NCBI RefSeq assembly: GCF_902477725.1
Contig: NZ_CABSIF010000004.1
Coordinates: 31,121 to 95,120 of the forward strand
Direction: 5' to 3'
DNA: 64,000 nt
Origin: an uncultured Desulfovibrio sp.
GTDB taxonomy: Bacteria > Desulfobacterota > Desulfovibrionia > Desulfovibrionales > Desulfovibrionaceae
Both the position numbers and the translations under genes were made by a program. This document shows, piece by piece, positions 20,671 through 30,095 of the stretch (position 1 is its first letter; each line of letters starts with the position of its first letter). The notes under the pieces were generated by a model. The model was not told where the DNA came from. It saw only the letters and a list, made by a program, of their open reading frames with translations, and searched no databases.

Positions 20671-21973
20671 AATCCGCAAGCAGAGCCTTGAATGCCCTGT
20701 GCGTCACGGTCAGCCTGTGGGGCGTCAGAACGTGCAGGAACTGCTGGGCAGGGAACTGCCAGAAAACGCTGACGACTTTGACTGCTTTGACGAAAGCGAC
20801 GAGGACCGCACCAGCCTGCGCCTCGGGCCGCAACATCCCGCCACGCACGGCGTGCTGCGCCTCGACCTTGAGCTTGAGGGCGAAACCATTTTGAGCTGCG
20901 ACCCGCAGGTGGGTTATCTGCACCGTGGCTTTGAAAAAATGGCCGAAACCTTCACCTACGCGCAGGCCCTCACCCTCACTGACCGGCTGGACTACATCGC
21001 CGCCATGTCCAACAACACGGGCTACTGCCTTGCGGTGGAAAAGCTGCTGGGCGTGCAGGCTCCGCTACGGGCGCGTTACATCCGCACCATTGCCTGCGAG
21101 ATGTCGCGCCTGTGTTCGCATCTGCTCTGGCTTGCCACCCACGCGCTGGATATCGGGGCCATGACCGTCTTTCTGTACTGCTTCCGCGAACGCGAAATGC
21201 TGCTGGATCTTTTTGAAGACCTCTGCGGCGCGCGCCTCACCCTGACGTATCCGCGCATCGGCGGCGTGCGGCAGGACGTGACAGGGCGCTTCATGGAAGG
21301 TTTGCAGGATTTTCTCAATATCTTCCCCAAGCGCATACTTGAGTACGAAACCCTGCTCGATACCAACCGTATCTGGTTGCAGCGCACGGTGGGCGTTGGC
21401 GTGCTGAGCGGCGAGGAAGCTCTTGCTCTCGGCCTCACCGGGGCTTGCCTGCGCGGTTCGGGCGTGGATTACGATGTGCGCAAGCACGAACCCTACGATG
21501 CCTATGATCTGGTGGATTTTGAAGTGCCGCTGGGCAGCGATGGCGATATTTACGCCCGCTACCGCTGCCGCATGGAAGAAATGCGCCAGTCTGTGCGCAT
21601 TCTGCAACAGTGCGTGGATCAGCTCCCTCCCGGCGCGACCCTTGCGGCAGATGCCCCCGATCTGCTCATGCCCTACAGGGCGTGGCGCAGCGAGGCTGAA
21701 ACAGCGCTTTTTGGCGGCAGTCTGCGGCAGGTCATGCACGACAACAATATCTACATGCCCGGCGATGTGTACGTGGCCACCGAGGCTCCCAAGGGCGAGC
21801 TTGGCTTCTACTTTGTGAGCGACGGCAGCAGCAGGCCTTACCGCATGCACGTGCGCGGGCCGTCGTTTATCCATATCGGCGCGCTGGCAAGCATCGCCCC
21901 GGGCGGGCTTATTGCCGACCTTATTGCCAATATCGGCAGCATGGACGTGGTGCTGGGAGAATCTGACCGGTAA
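20663..21973 (+). CDS. nuoD: NADH-quinone oxidoreductase subunit D
   Basis: GPQHPATHGVLRL, GYLHRG, DRLDY, EAPKGE, C-terminal DVVLGESDR; no NiFe CxxC pairs. Confidence 0.94.
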   Translation: MSEIRKQSLECPVRHGQPVGRQNVQELLGRELPENADDFDCFDESDEDRTSLRLGPQHPATHGVLRLDLELEGETILSCDPQVGYLHRGFEKMAETFTYAQALTLTDRLDYIAAMSNNTGYCLAVEKLLGVQAPLRARYIRTIACEMSRLCSHLLWLATHALDIGAMTVFLYCFREREMLLDLFEDLCGARLTLTYPRIGGVRQDVTGRFMEGLQDFLNIFPKRILEYETLLDTNRIWLQRTVGVGVLSGEEALALGLTGACLRGSGVDYDVRKHEPYDAYDLVDFEVPLGSDGDIYARYRCRMEEMRQSVRILQQCVDQLPPGATLAADAPDLLMPYRAWRSEAETALFGGSLRQVMHDNNIYMPGDVYVATEAPKGELGFYFVSDGSSRPYRMHVRGPSFIHIGALASIAPGGLIADLIANIGSMDVVLGESDR

Positions 21974-22051
21974 ACCAAGGGGCAGACTGCAAGGCCGATG
22001 GCTGCGCAGGGCAACCGGGTTTACGGCTACAACCAATCTGGCAGGGAAACC

Positions 22052-23020
22052 ATGAATGTTCTGGTAATTGTACTGCAACTTCTTGTGCTTCTGGTGGTCG
22101 TGCTGCTGCATGTGGCCTATGCCACATACTTTGAGCGCAAGGTCATCGGCCATATGCAGATGCGGATGGGCCCCACCCGCGTGGGCTGGCTTGGGCTGCT
22201 GCAACCCATTGCGGATGGCATCAAGAGCTTTTTCAAGGAAGACATCATCCCCTCTGCGGCGGACAAGCCCATCTTCATGCTTGCTCCCATCATCTGTCTG
22301 GTGCCCGCCTTTGCCTCGCTGGCGATCCTGCCGTGGGCCGAGGGCTGGGCCTTGTCCAACATCAATATCGGCCTGCTTTTTGTGTTCGCCATGAGTTCCC
22401 TTGGCGGCTACGGGGTTGTGCTGGCGGGCTGGGCCTCAAACTCCAAGTTCAGCTTTCTTGGCGGGTTGCGGGCCTCGGCGCAGGTAATCAGTTATGAAAT
22501 CGCCATGGGCCTCAGCCTTGTGGGCGTGATGCTGCTCTCCGGTTCGCTCAATCTGGGCGACATTGTGGCAGCGCAGGGTGATTCGTTTTTTGGCATGTTC
22601 GCCTTCCGTCAGTGCATCGGCTTTTTCATCTTTTGCGTTGCCATGCTGGCGGAAACCAACCGCGTGCCCTTTGACCTGCCCGAGGCGGAAAGTGAGCTTG
22701 TTTCCGGCTATTGCACGGAATACAGCGGCATGCGCTACGCCCTGTTTTTCATGGCCGAATACACGTCCATGTTTGTGATGGCCACGGTGGGTGTGGTCTG
22801 CTTTCTGGGCGGCTGGCGCGGCCCGGTGGAAGTGGACTTTTTCCCGCCGTTCTGGCTGGTGCTCAAGGTGTATGGCGTCATGTTTTTCTTTTTCTGGGTG
22901 CGGGCCACGCTGCCGCGTTACCGCTACGACCAGCTCATGGCCCTTGGCTGGAAGGTGCTTATCCCCCTGGCGCTCTTCAATATTGTGATTACGGCTCTGG
23001 GCAAGGCCCTAGCCTCTTGA
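22052..23020 (+). CDS. nuoH: NADH-quinone oxidoreductase subunit H
   Basis: ERKVIG..Q.R.GP, LQPIADGIK, ETNRVPFDLPEAESELV, RYRYDQL. Confidence 0.95.
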   Translation: MNVLVIVLQLLVLLVVVLLHVAYATYFERKVIGHMQMRMGPTRVGWLGLLQPIADGIKSFFKEDIIPSAADKPIFMLAPIICLVPAFASLAILPWAEGWALSNINIGLLFVFAMSSLGGYGVVLAGWASNSKFSFLGGLRASAQVISYEIAMGLSLVGVMLLSGSLNLGDIVAAQGDSFFGMFAFRQCIGFFIFCVAMLAETNRVPFDLPEAESELVSGYCTEYSGMRYALFFMAEYTSMFVMATVGVVCFLGGWRGPVEVDFFPPFWLVLKVYGVMFFFFWVRATLPRYRYDQLMALGWKVLIPLALFNIVITALGKALAS

Positions 23021-23034
23021 TGAGGAGAGCAGAC

Positions 23035-23724
23035 ATGCAGATTCAGTACAAAGCGCCCCGCAACTGGCTGCAAACCCTGTTGCAGACAGAAATAGCCCAG
23101 GGCATGGCCCTGACTTTGCGGCGCATGTTCAACCGCCCCATAACGCGGCAGTACCCGGAAGAAAAACCTGTGGTCGCCGCTGGTTTCCGCGGGCGGCACG
23201 CCCTGGTGCGCGATGCCGCAACCGGCGAGAGCCGTTGTGTTGCCTGTATGCGCTGCGCGCGGGTGTGCCCCTCGCACTGCATACGCATTCGCTGGAGCCG
23301 CGCCGCAGATAACAGCCGCGTGGTGGATGCCTATAATATCGATGCCCTGCGCTGCATTTTTTGCGGCTACTGCGCAGAGGTATGCCCGGTGAACGCCATT
23401 GTGCTGACAGAAGTCTATGCCTACGCAGCCAACGGGCGTTCGGCCTTCAAGTTTGACAAGCAGGCCCTGCTGGACAACTGGGACGACTTTGCAGCGCAGA
23501 AGGGCGACATGCAAGGCTATGTGAACCCCCTGTGCCGCCCCCGCAACATGCCCGAAGGCGCGCTTGCCCATGCCAAGCGGGTGGCGGTGGATGCGGAATG
23601 GAGCGGAGCGGAGCAGTGGGTGGGCAAGAATCACCGAGCTGCGTGCACTCGAACGCAAGGCGCAGAGCCGGCCTCGAGCGCGTCCGGCCACGGTCAGACA
23701 AATCAGGACGGTGCTGCGCAATGA
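23035..23724 (+). CDS. nuoI: NADH-quinone oxidoreductase subunit I
   Basis: TRQYPEE, CVACMRCARVCP, RCIFCGYCAEVCP; AGGAG RBS. Confidence 0.93.
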   Translation: MQIQYKAPRNWLQTLLQTEIAQGMALTLRRMFNRPITRQYPEEKPVVAAGFRGRHALVRDAATGESRCVACMRCARVCPSHCIRIRWSRAADNSRVVDAYNIDALRCIFCGYCAEVCPVNAIVLTEVYAYAANGRSAFKFDKQALLDNWDDFAAQKGDMQGYVNPLCRPRNMPEGALAHAKRVAVDAEWSGAEQWVGKNHRAACTRTQGAEPASSASGHGQTNQDGAAQ

Positions 23725-23889
23725 TCTGCCAAAAATCTGTGCTGATCTGCGGCAATGCCCGTCCGTTGCAGGCCTCCCTGTCCGTAGCGGAAAAGGCATG
23801 CTCGGCAGAACGGACGGTGAGCGTGGATGACAGGCCTCCTTGCGGAGGCATCCCGGAACAGAGCGCAAGTCCACTGCGGAGGTGGAACG

Positions 23890-24477
23890 GTGTTTGGTGA
23901 AATATTTTTTCTATACTGCGCCTTTGTCATAACCGTGTGCGGCGTGCTGGCTATCAGCCTGCGCAATCCCATTCACTGCGTGTTGCTGGTGCTGCTGCTG
24001 TTCTTCCACATGGCGGCGGTCTACCTGACCTTGCAGGCCGAATTTCTGGCAGCCATACAGATCATCGTCTATGCCGGGGCCATCTTGGTCATGTACCTTT
24101 TTGTGCTCTTTCTGGTGAACCTGCAACGCGAGTTGCGGCTGCCTGCCCTGACCCCCAAGCCCATTGTGGGCTATGCGCTGGCTGCTGCCCTGTGCGGCGG
24201 CATTCTCTGGGGCGTGGCTGGCTTTGTACCGGGGGGCAAGGGCCAATGGCCCCTTGAAGCCCTGCGCGAGGTCACGCACACCAAGGCCTTGAGCCGCGAG
24301 CTGTTCACCAACCATTTTCTTTCGCTGGAAATTGCGGGCGTGCTGCTGCTGGTGGCTCTGGTGGCTGCCCTGACCCTTGCGCGCAGGCAGCCCGTGTGCA
24401 CACCCGCCCCGGCGCAGGCCCAAGACAATGCCTGCCCTTGCGCGAGCGGCAACAAAGACCAAGGAGGCGCGGCGTGA
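23890..24477 (+). CDS. nuoJ: NADH-quinone oxidoreductase subunit J
   Basis: NPIH..L, AEFLAAIQIIVYAGAILV; GTG start inferred from GGAGG. Confidence 0.9.
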   Translation: MFGEIFFLYCAFVITVCGVLAISLRNPIHCVLLVLLLFFHMAAVYLTLQAEFLAAIQIIVYAGAILVMYLFVLFLVNLQRELRLPALTPKPIVGYALAAALCGGILWGVAGFVPGGKGQWPLEALREVTHTKALSRELFTNHFLSLEIAGVLLLVALVAALTLARRQPVCTPAPAQAQDNACPCASGNKDQGGAA

Positions 24478-24776
24478 TTCCCCTTTCCTGGTACATGGCG
24501 CTGGCAGCAGTGCTTTTCTGCATAGGTGTGGCCGGGTTTCTGACGCGCCGCAACATCATTGTGATGCTGCTCTCGCTTGAATTGATGCTCAACGGCGTCA
24601 ACCTCAATCTGGTGGCCATGAGCTATTTCATGGACGCTCTGCGCGGGCAGGCTTTTACCATTTTCATCATCACCGTTGCCGCCTGCGAGGCCGCAGTGGG
24701 GCTTGGCATTGTCATCTGTCTGTTCCGCAGCCACAAAAGTGTGCGTAACGAAGATATAACCACGATGCGGGGGTAA
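24474..24776 (+). CDS. nuoK: NADH-quinone oxidoreductase subunit K
   Basis: RRNII..L.SLELMLN, VAACEAAVGL; GTG start after AGGAGG. Confidence 0.92.
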   Translation: MIPLSWYMALAAVLFCIGVAGFLTRRNIIVMLLSLELMLNGVNLNLVAMSYFMDALRGQAFTIFIITVAACEAAVGLGIVICLFRSHKSVRNEDITTMRG

Positions 24777-24778
24777 AC

Positions 24779-26707
24779 ATGCCAATATACTTGCTGCTTA
24801 TTCCTCTGTGCCCGTTGCTGGCCTTTGTGCTCACCCTGATCTGCGGCCGCCAATGGGGCGAGCGCGCCCACTGGCTGCCCATTGCGGCCATTGGCATCTC
24901 CCTTGTCTGCTCCTTGCTTGCCCTGCGGGATGTGCTGGCGGGCAATATCGTCAATGCCGATGTGCATACATGGATAGCCTCCGGCAACCTGCGCGTGACC
25001 TTTGGCTTTCTGGTGGACCAGCTCACGGCGGTCATGCTGGTCGTGGTTACCAGTGTCAGTAGCCTGGTGCACATTTATTCCGTGGGCTACATGCGGGGCG
25101 AAAAGGGCTATTACCGCTTTTTCGCCTATCTTGGCCTGTTTTCCTTTTCCATGCTCATGCTGGTCATGGGCAACAACTTTTTGCAGCTCTTTTTTGGCTG
25201 GGAGGCTGTGGGGCTTTCGTCCTATCTGCTCATCGGCTTTTATTATGAAAAGGATTCCGCCTCGGATGCGGGCAAGAAAGCCTTTATCGTCAACAGGTTC
25301 GGCGACTTTGGCTTCCTGCTCGGGCTGTTCTGCATTTTTACCATTTTTGGCAGCCTGCACTATGCGGATGTGTTGCCCCAGGCTGGAATGCTTGAGGGCA
25401 TGACCTTTACCCTGTGCGGCTATACGGTCAGCGCGCCCACGCTTGTCTGCCTGCTGCTGTTCTGCGGCGCGGTGGGCAAGTCGGCCCAGCTTCCTTTGCA
25501 TGTGTGGCTGCCCGATGCCATGGAAGGCCCCACCCCGGTGAGCGCGCTTATCCACGCGGCCACCATGGTGACGGCGGGCGTGTTTATGCTGGCGCGCTGC
25601 AATGCCCTGTTTGCGTTGTCGCCCACGGCGCTGGCCGTCATTACGGTAGTAGGCGCGGTCACAACGCTCTTTGCCGCCACCATTGCGCTCACGCAGACCG
25701 ACATCAAGAGGGTGGTGGCCTATTCGACCATCAGCCAGCTGGCCTACATGTTCATTGCCTGCGGCGTGGGAGCCTACGGCGCTGGCGTGTTCCACCGGGG
25801 TGCCCATGCCTTTTTCAAGGCCTTGCTCTTCCTTGGCTGCGGCTCGGTGATTCTGGGCATGCACCACGAGCAGGACATGCGCTCCATGGGCGGGCTTGGC
25901 AGGTATATGCCCATTACCAGCGCCACCTTTTTGCTGGCCTCGCTTTCCATTGCCGGTGTGCCGGGGCTGGCTGGCTTTTTCAGCAAGGACGAAATCCTGC
26001 TCATGGCCTTCAACGCGGGCACGTTCACGGGCTATCTGGCCTGGGCCGTGGGCGTGCTGGTGGCCTTTATGACGGCTTTTTACTCCTTCCGTCTGTATTT
26101 CAGCGTGTTTACGGGCCAGTTTCGGGGGACGGAGCACCAGCGCGAGCATCTGCACGAATCGCCGCGCGTGGTCACTGTTCCTTTGCTGGTGCTGGCCGTG
26201 GGGGCTGTGGCCTCGGGCTGGCTGGGCATTCCGCATGTTCTGGGCGGCTCCAACCACTGGGCGGAGTTTTTCGCTCCGGTGACGGGGCACCCGCACGTGC
26301 ATGTATCCGGCGCGGTGGAGCTTGGGCTGATGGCTGTTTCCGTAGCTGCTGGCTTTGCGGGCATCGGCCTGGCCTGGCTCATGTATTGCCGCAGCCCGGA
26401 ACTTCCGGGCAAGGTGGCGGGGGCTTTCAGCGGCCTGTACCGACTGTTTTCGCGCAAGTACTGGGTGGACGAAATCTATGTGGCCTGTCTTGTGCGGCCA
26501 ACGCTGTGGCTGGCGGATAACCTGTTGCTGGGCGTGGTGGACACGCGCGGTATTGAAGGCGTGGTCAACGGTGTGCCGCGCGCTATCGGCAGACTGTCCA
26601 CAAGCCTGCGCAGGCTTCAGGACGGGCAGGTGGCGCATTATCTTACATGGCTGGCCGGGGGCGCGGCAGCGCTCCTGCTGGTATTGCAACTGGGCTTTTT
26701 TTCCTAA
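24779..26707 (+). CDS. nuoL: NADH-quinone oxidoreductase subunit L
   Basis: GWEAVG, NRFGD, GKSAQLPLHVWLPDAMEGPTPVSALIHAATMV, HAFFKALLFL. Confidence 0.95.
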   Translation: MPIYLLLIPLCPLLAFVLTLICGRQWGERAHWLPIAAIGISLVCSLLALRDVLAGNIVNADVHTWIASGNLRVTFGFLVDQLTAVMLVVVTSVSSLVHIYSVGYMRGEKGYYRFFAYLGLFSFSMLMLVMGNNFLQLFFGWEAVGLSSYLLIGFYYEKDSASDAGKKAFIVNRFGDFGFLLGLFCIFTIFGSLHYADVLPQAGMLEGMTFTLCGYTVSAPTLVCLLLFCGAVGKSAQLPLHVWLPDAMEGPTPVSALIHAATMVTAGVFMLARCNALFALSPTALAVITVVGAVTTLFAATIALTQTDIKRVVAYSTISQLAYMFIACGVGAYGAGVFHRGAHAFFKALLFLGCGSVILGMHHEQDMRSMGGLGRYMPITSATFLLASLSIAGVPGLAGFFSKDEILLMAFNAGTFTGYLAWAVGVLVAFMTAFYSFRLYFSVFTGQFRGTEHQREHLHESPRVVTVPLLVLAVGAVASGWLGIPHVLGGSNHWAEFFAPVTGHPHVHVSGAVELGLMAVSVAAGFAGIGLAWLMYCRSPELPGKVAGAFSGLYRLFSRKYWVDEIYVACLVRPTLWLADNLLLGVVDTRGIEGVVNGVPRAIGRLSTSLRRLQDGQVAHYLTWLAGGAAALLLVLQLGFFS

Positions 26708-26725
26708 CAACGGCGGGGAGATCGC

Positions 26726-28219
26726 ATGTCTGTACCTGTTCTTTCCTTGCTCATCTTTGTGCCTCTGGCGGGTGGGCTTTCCCTGCTGGCTGTTGCGCGC
26801 CGCAACGAAGAAACCATCAAGCTGGGCGCGCTTGCCGTATGCCTGCTTGAGCTGTGCCTGAGCTTTGTGGCCCTGGGCCGCTTTGATAAAAGCCTGTGGC
26901 AGATGCAACTGGTGGAAAACTGCGCGTGGATTGAGAGCCTGAACATCAATTACGCTCTGGGCGTGGACGGCATAAGCGTGCTGTTTCTGCCCCTGACGGC
27001 CCTCATAACCCTGATGGGCGTGGCGGTGTCGTACAAAAGCATCAAGGTCAAGGCCAAGGAGTTTTTCATCAGCCTGCTGCTGCTTGAAAGCGCCATGGTG
27101 GGCGTGTTTTGCGCCACTGACCTCATGTTGTTTTACATTTTCTGGGAAGCCATGCTCATTCCCATGTTCCTGCTCATTGGCGTGTGGGGCGGGCCGCGCC
27201 GCATTTACGCCACGGTGAAGTTCTTTCTCTACACCCTGCTGGGCAGTTTGCTGATGCTGCTGGGCATCATCCTGCTGTACCTCAAGGGCGGGCATACCTT
27301 CGACATCATGGCGCTGGCGCGCAACAACTTTGACCCCCGGCTGCAACTGCTGCTGTTCTGGGCCTTTTTTGCCGCTTTTGCGGTCAAGGTGCCCATGTGG
27401 CCCGTGCACACGTGGCTGCCAGACGCGCATACCGAAGCGCCCACGGCGGCCTCGGTCATTCTGGCTGGCGTGCTGATCAAAATGGGGGCATACGGCTTTT
27501 TGCGCTTCTCGCTGCCGCTGTTTCCCTATGCCGCATGGGTGCTGCTCAAGCCCATGCTGGTGCTTTCCGTCATCGCCATCGTGTACGGAGCGCTGGTCTG
27601 CCTTGCGCAGACGGACGTCAAGCGGCTCATCGCCTACAGTTCCGTCAGCCATATGGGCTTTGTGACTCTGGGGCTTTTTGCGCTGACCCAAAAGGGCGTG
27701 GAGGGTTCCATTTTGCAGATGATCAACCACGGCATAGTGACGGGCGCGCTCTTTCTGGGCGTGGGCATGCTCTATGACCGCACCCACACGCGTGAGATCA
27801 AGGTATACGGGGGGCTGGCCTCGGTCATGCCCTTATTGGCGGCCTTTTTCATGGTCTTTACCCTTGCGGCTGTCGGCTTGCCCGGCACCAACGGTTTTGT
27901 GGGCGAATTCCTGATTCTGCTCGGCGGCTTTGAACGCGCGCCCTGGGCCGCGGTGGTGGCGTCTTCGGGCCTGATATTGGGCGCGTGGTATATGCTCTGG
28001 CTGTATCAGCGCGTGTTTTTCCGCCAGGTGTCTGAAACCGTGCGCGGCCTGGTCGGGGAAAAACTTGACGGGCGCGAGATAGCCATTTTGCTGACCATGA
28101 GCCTGCTTATTGTGGGCATCGGCATCTTCCCCAACGTGCTGCTGGAATACATGCACGCTACGGTGGAACATCTGGTGGCAGATACCCAGCAGGCCTTTGC
28201 GGTTTTTGCCGCAAACTAG
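26726..28219 (+). CDS. nuoM: NADH-quinone oxidoreductase subunit M
   Basis: FYIFWEAMLIP, VKVPMWPVHTWLPDAH.EAP, KRLIAYSSVSHMG, LPGTNGFVGE. Confidence 0.95.
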   Translation: MSVPVLSLLIFVPLAGGLSLLAVARRNEETIKLGALAVCLLELCLSFVALGRFDKSLWQMQLVENCAWIESLNINYALGVDGISVLFLPLTALITLMGVAVSYKSIKVKAKEFFISLLLLESAMVGVFCATDLMLFYIFWEAMLIPMFLLIGVWGGPRRIYATVKFFLYTLLGSLLMLLGIILLYLKGGHTFDIMALARNNFDPRLQLLLFWAFFAAFAVKVPMWPVHTWLPDAHTEAPTAASVILAGVLIKMGAYGFLRFSLPLFPYAAWVLLKPMLVLSVIAIVYGALVCLAQTDVKRLIAYSSVSHMGFVTLGLFALTQKGVEGSILQMINHGIVTGALFLGVGMLYDRTHTREIKVYGGLASVMPLLAAFFMVFTLAAVGLPGTNGFVGEFLILLGGFERAPWAAVVASSGLILGAWYMLWLYQRVFFRQVSETVRGLVGEKLDGREIAILLTMSLLIVGIGIFPNVLLEYMHATVEHLVADTQQAFAVFAAN

Positions 28220-28367
28220 AGCATTTCAACTTTGAAAAGGTTAAATGCTCTACCGCTGCACGAGAGTGCAGCGCGCCACAACGTGGCGTGGATTCTGCCG
28301 AAAATCGCATTTTTCGGTAGAATGACACCTTTGAAATGTGAAGCATTTCAAAGGTAATCTGGTCTAG
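28216..28367. mobile_element. 152-bp MITE/REP-like element with five tandem hairpins
   Basis: Termini CTAGAGCA...TGGTCTAG; hairpins TAGAGCATTT/AAATGCTCTA, CGCTGCAC/GTGCAGCG, CGCCAC/GTGGCG, ATTCTGCCGAAAA/TTTTCGGTAGAAT, ACCTTTGAAATG/CATTTCAAAGGT. Confidence 0.7.
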
Positions 28368-28512
28368 ACGACATCGCGGGCAGGGCGGCACGACGCTGTT
28401 CCGGCCCGCGCACAGGCAATAAATGTTTGCGCCCCCGCCGCAGGCCAGCGCATGGCCCCGACAGCTGGCGGACAACGTGTCTTGCGGCACGAGGAACACC
28501 ATAGGAGCTATC

Positions 28513-30021
28513 ATGACAGCCATATCCGTAGCGCCTCTTTCTGCCCTGCCATTGCTGAAAGAACTTCCGGCCCTGCTGCCGGAACTGACGCTCTTGGTCA
28601 CGGCCATTGGCCTGCTGTGCGCCGATATGTTTTTTCCAAGGGCGCGGGCTTTTCTGCAATGGCTGACTGTAGTTGGTGCAATAACGGCTTTTGCAGCAAT
28701 TGTAGCAGTTTCTGCGGGCGGCGGGAGTGTTTCTTTTGACGGAATGTTCCGCGCTGACGGTTTTGGAGCGCTCTTTAAAGCGATTTGCGTAGTAGCACTT
28801 GCTTTTACGGCGTTAATGAGCGAAAGTTTTTTTTCACATGCCCAAATGCGTCAGGGCGAATATTACTGCCTTGCAGTATGTTCAACACTGGGCATGTGCG
28901 TGATGGCTTCGGCTGGTGATCTCATTGTGCTCTATCTGGGGCTTGAGCTCATGGCCCTGCCCATTTACGCGATGGCGGCCCTGCGCACTGGCGATCCGCG
29001 CAGCAGCGAATCGGCCATCAAATATTTTTTGATGGGCAGTTTCGCGTCGGCTCTTTTGCTTTTTGGCATGTCCCTGCTGTACGGGCTTACCGGGCATACC
29101 GAGCTTGTGCAGATCGCTGCGGCACTGCCTGTTGCCGCAACCGGGCAGACCTTGCCCGCCCTGGTAGTTGCTTTGGCGCTCATGCTGGCAGGCATGGGGT
29201 TCAAGGTGGCTGCCGCGCCCTTCCACGTGTGGGTGCCTGATGTGTATGAAGGCGCGCCCACAACCGTGACCGCCTTTATGTCTGTGGCGGCCAAAACGGC
29301 CAGTTTCGCCGTGCTTGCGCGCGTACTGGTCATGGCCTTGCCGCAACTGGGCGCTCAGTGGAGCGGGGCGTTGGCCTTGATGGCCGCATTGACAATGCTT
29401 CTGGGCAATATCGCTGCCGTAATGCAGACAAGCCTTAAACGCATGCTGGCGTACTCGGCCATAGCTCACGCGGGTTATGCCCTCTTGGGACTTGCCGCGT
29501 GCACAGCCGACGGCCTGCGCGCCACGGCGGCGTATTTGACCATTTACCTGTGCATGAACATGGGTGCCTTTGCCATCATGGGCTACCTTGCCGTGTACGG
29601 GAAAAAACAGGGAAATAATCCTCTGGCTGATGCGGGTGAAGACCTGGATGACTATACAGGTCTTGCCACAAGGCATCCCACTCTTGCTGCGGCCATGCTG
29701 GTTTTTCTTTTTTCCCTGACGGGCATTCCGCCGACTGCGGGCTTTATGGGCAAATTCATGCTCTTTAAAGAAGCCTTTTCGGCAGGGTATACGGTAACGG
29801 TGCTTGTGGCTGTGATCAGCAGCACCATTTCCGCATGGTATTATCTTGGAGTGGCACGACGCATGTACATGCAGGAGGCCCCGGCAAATCACCCCGCACC
29901 CATACAGGCAGCTTCGGGCGGTGCGGGCGTGAGGGCTGTACTTCTGTGCTGTCTGACAGGTGTGGTGTTGTGGGGCGTGTTCCCGCAGACGCTGCTTTCG
30001 TGGGTGCATGTGTTTTTTTAG
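28513..30021 (+). CDS. nuoN: NADH-quinone oxidoreductase subunit N
   Basis: YLGLEL, ESAIKYF, FKVAAAPFHVWVPDVYEGAP, KRMLAYSAIAH; AGGAG RBS. Confidence 0.94.
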   Translation: MTAISVAPLSALPLLKELPALLPELTLLVTAIGLLCADMFFPRARAFLQWLTVVGAITAFAAIVAVSAGGGSVSFDGMFRADGFGALFKAICVVALAFTALMSESFFSHAQMRQGEYYCLAVCSTLGMCVMASAGDLIVLYLGLELMALPIYAMAALRTGDPRSSESAIKYFLMGSFASALLLFGMSLLYGLTGHTELVQIAAALPVAATGQTLPALVVALALMLAGMGFKVAAAPFHVWVPDVYEGAPTTVTAFMSVAAKTASFAVLARVLVMALPQLGAQWSGALALMAALTMLLGNIAAVMQTSLKRMLAYSAIAHAGYALLGLAACTADGLRATAAYLTIYLCMNMGAFAIMGYLAVYGKKQGNNPLADAGEDLDDYTGLATRHPTLAAAMLVFLFSLTGIPPTAGFMGKFMLFKEAFSAGYTVTVLVAVISSTISAWYYLGVARRMYMQEAPANHPAPIQAASGGAGVRAVLLCCLTGVVLWGVFPQTLLSWVHVFF

Positions 30022-30095
30022 GAAGTCGCCTCAACAGCGCGTTTTCCGGCATTATTATCCGTTCGCTTGTGCGACGTTGATCGGGAGGAGTTGGA

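Noticed and set aside
19586..21973. Group 4 NiFe hydrogenase (Ech/Hyc/Coo) reading of the nuo-like genes
   Set aside because: The large subunit lacks both CxxC NiFe motifs and has NuoD quinone-site motifs.
24623..27787. 1054-aa antisense ORF and other long shadow ORFs (e.g. 2508-4319, 54010-55944, 61416-62864)
   Set aside because: They are antisense to well-supported genes, lack motifs, and are expected from GC-rich codon bias.
28216..28367. CRISPR array
   Set aside because: Hairpins are non-identical, there is no repeat-spacer periodicity, and no cas genes are in the window.
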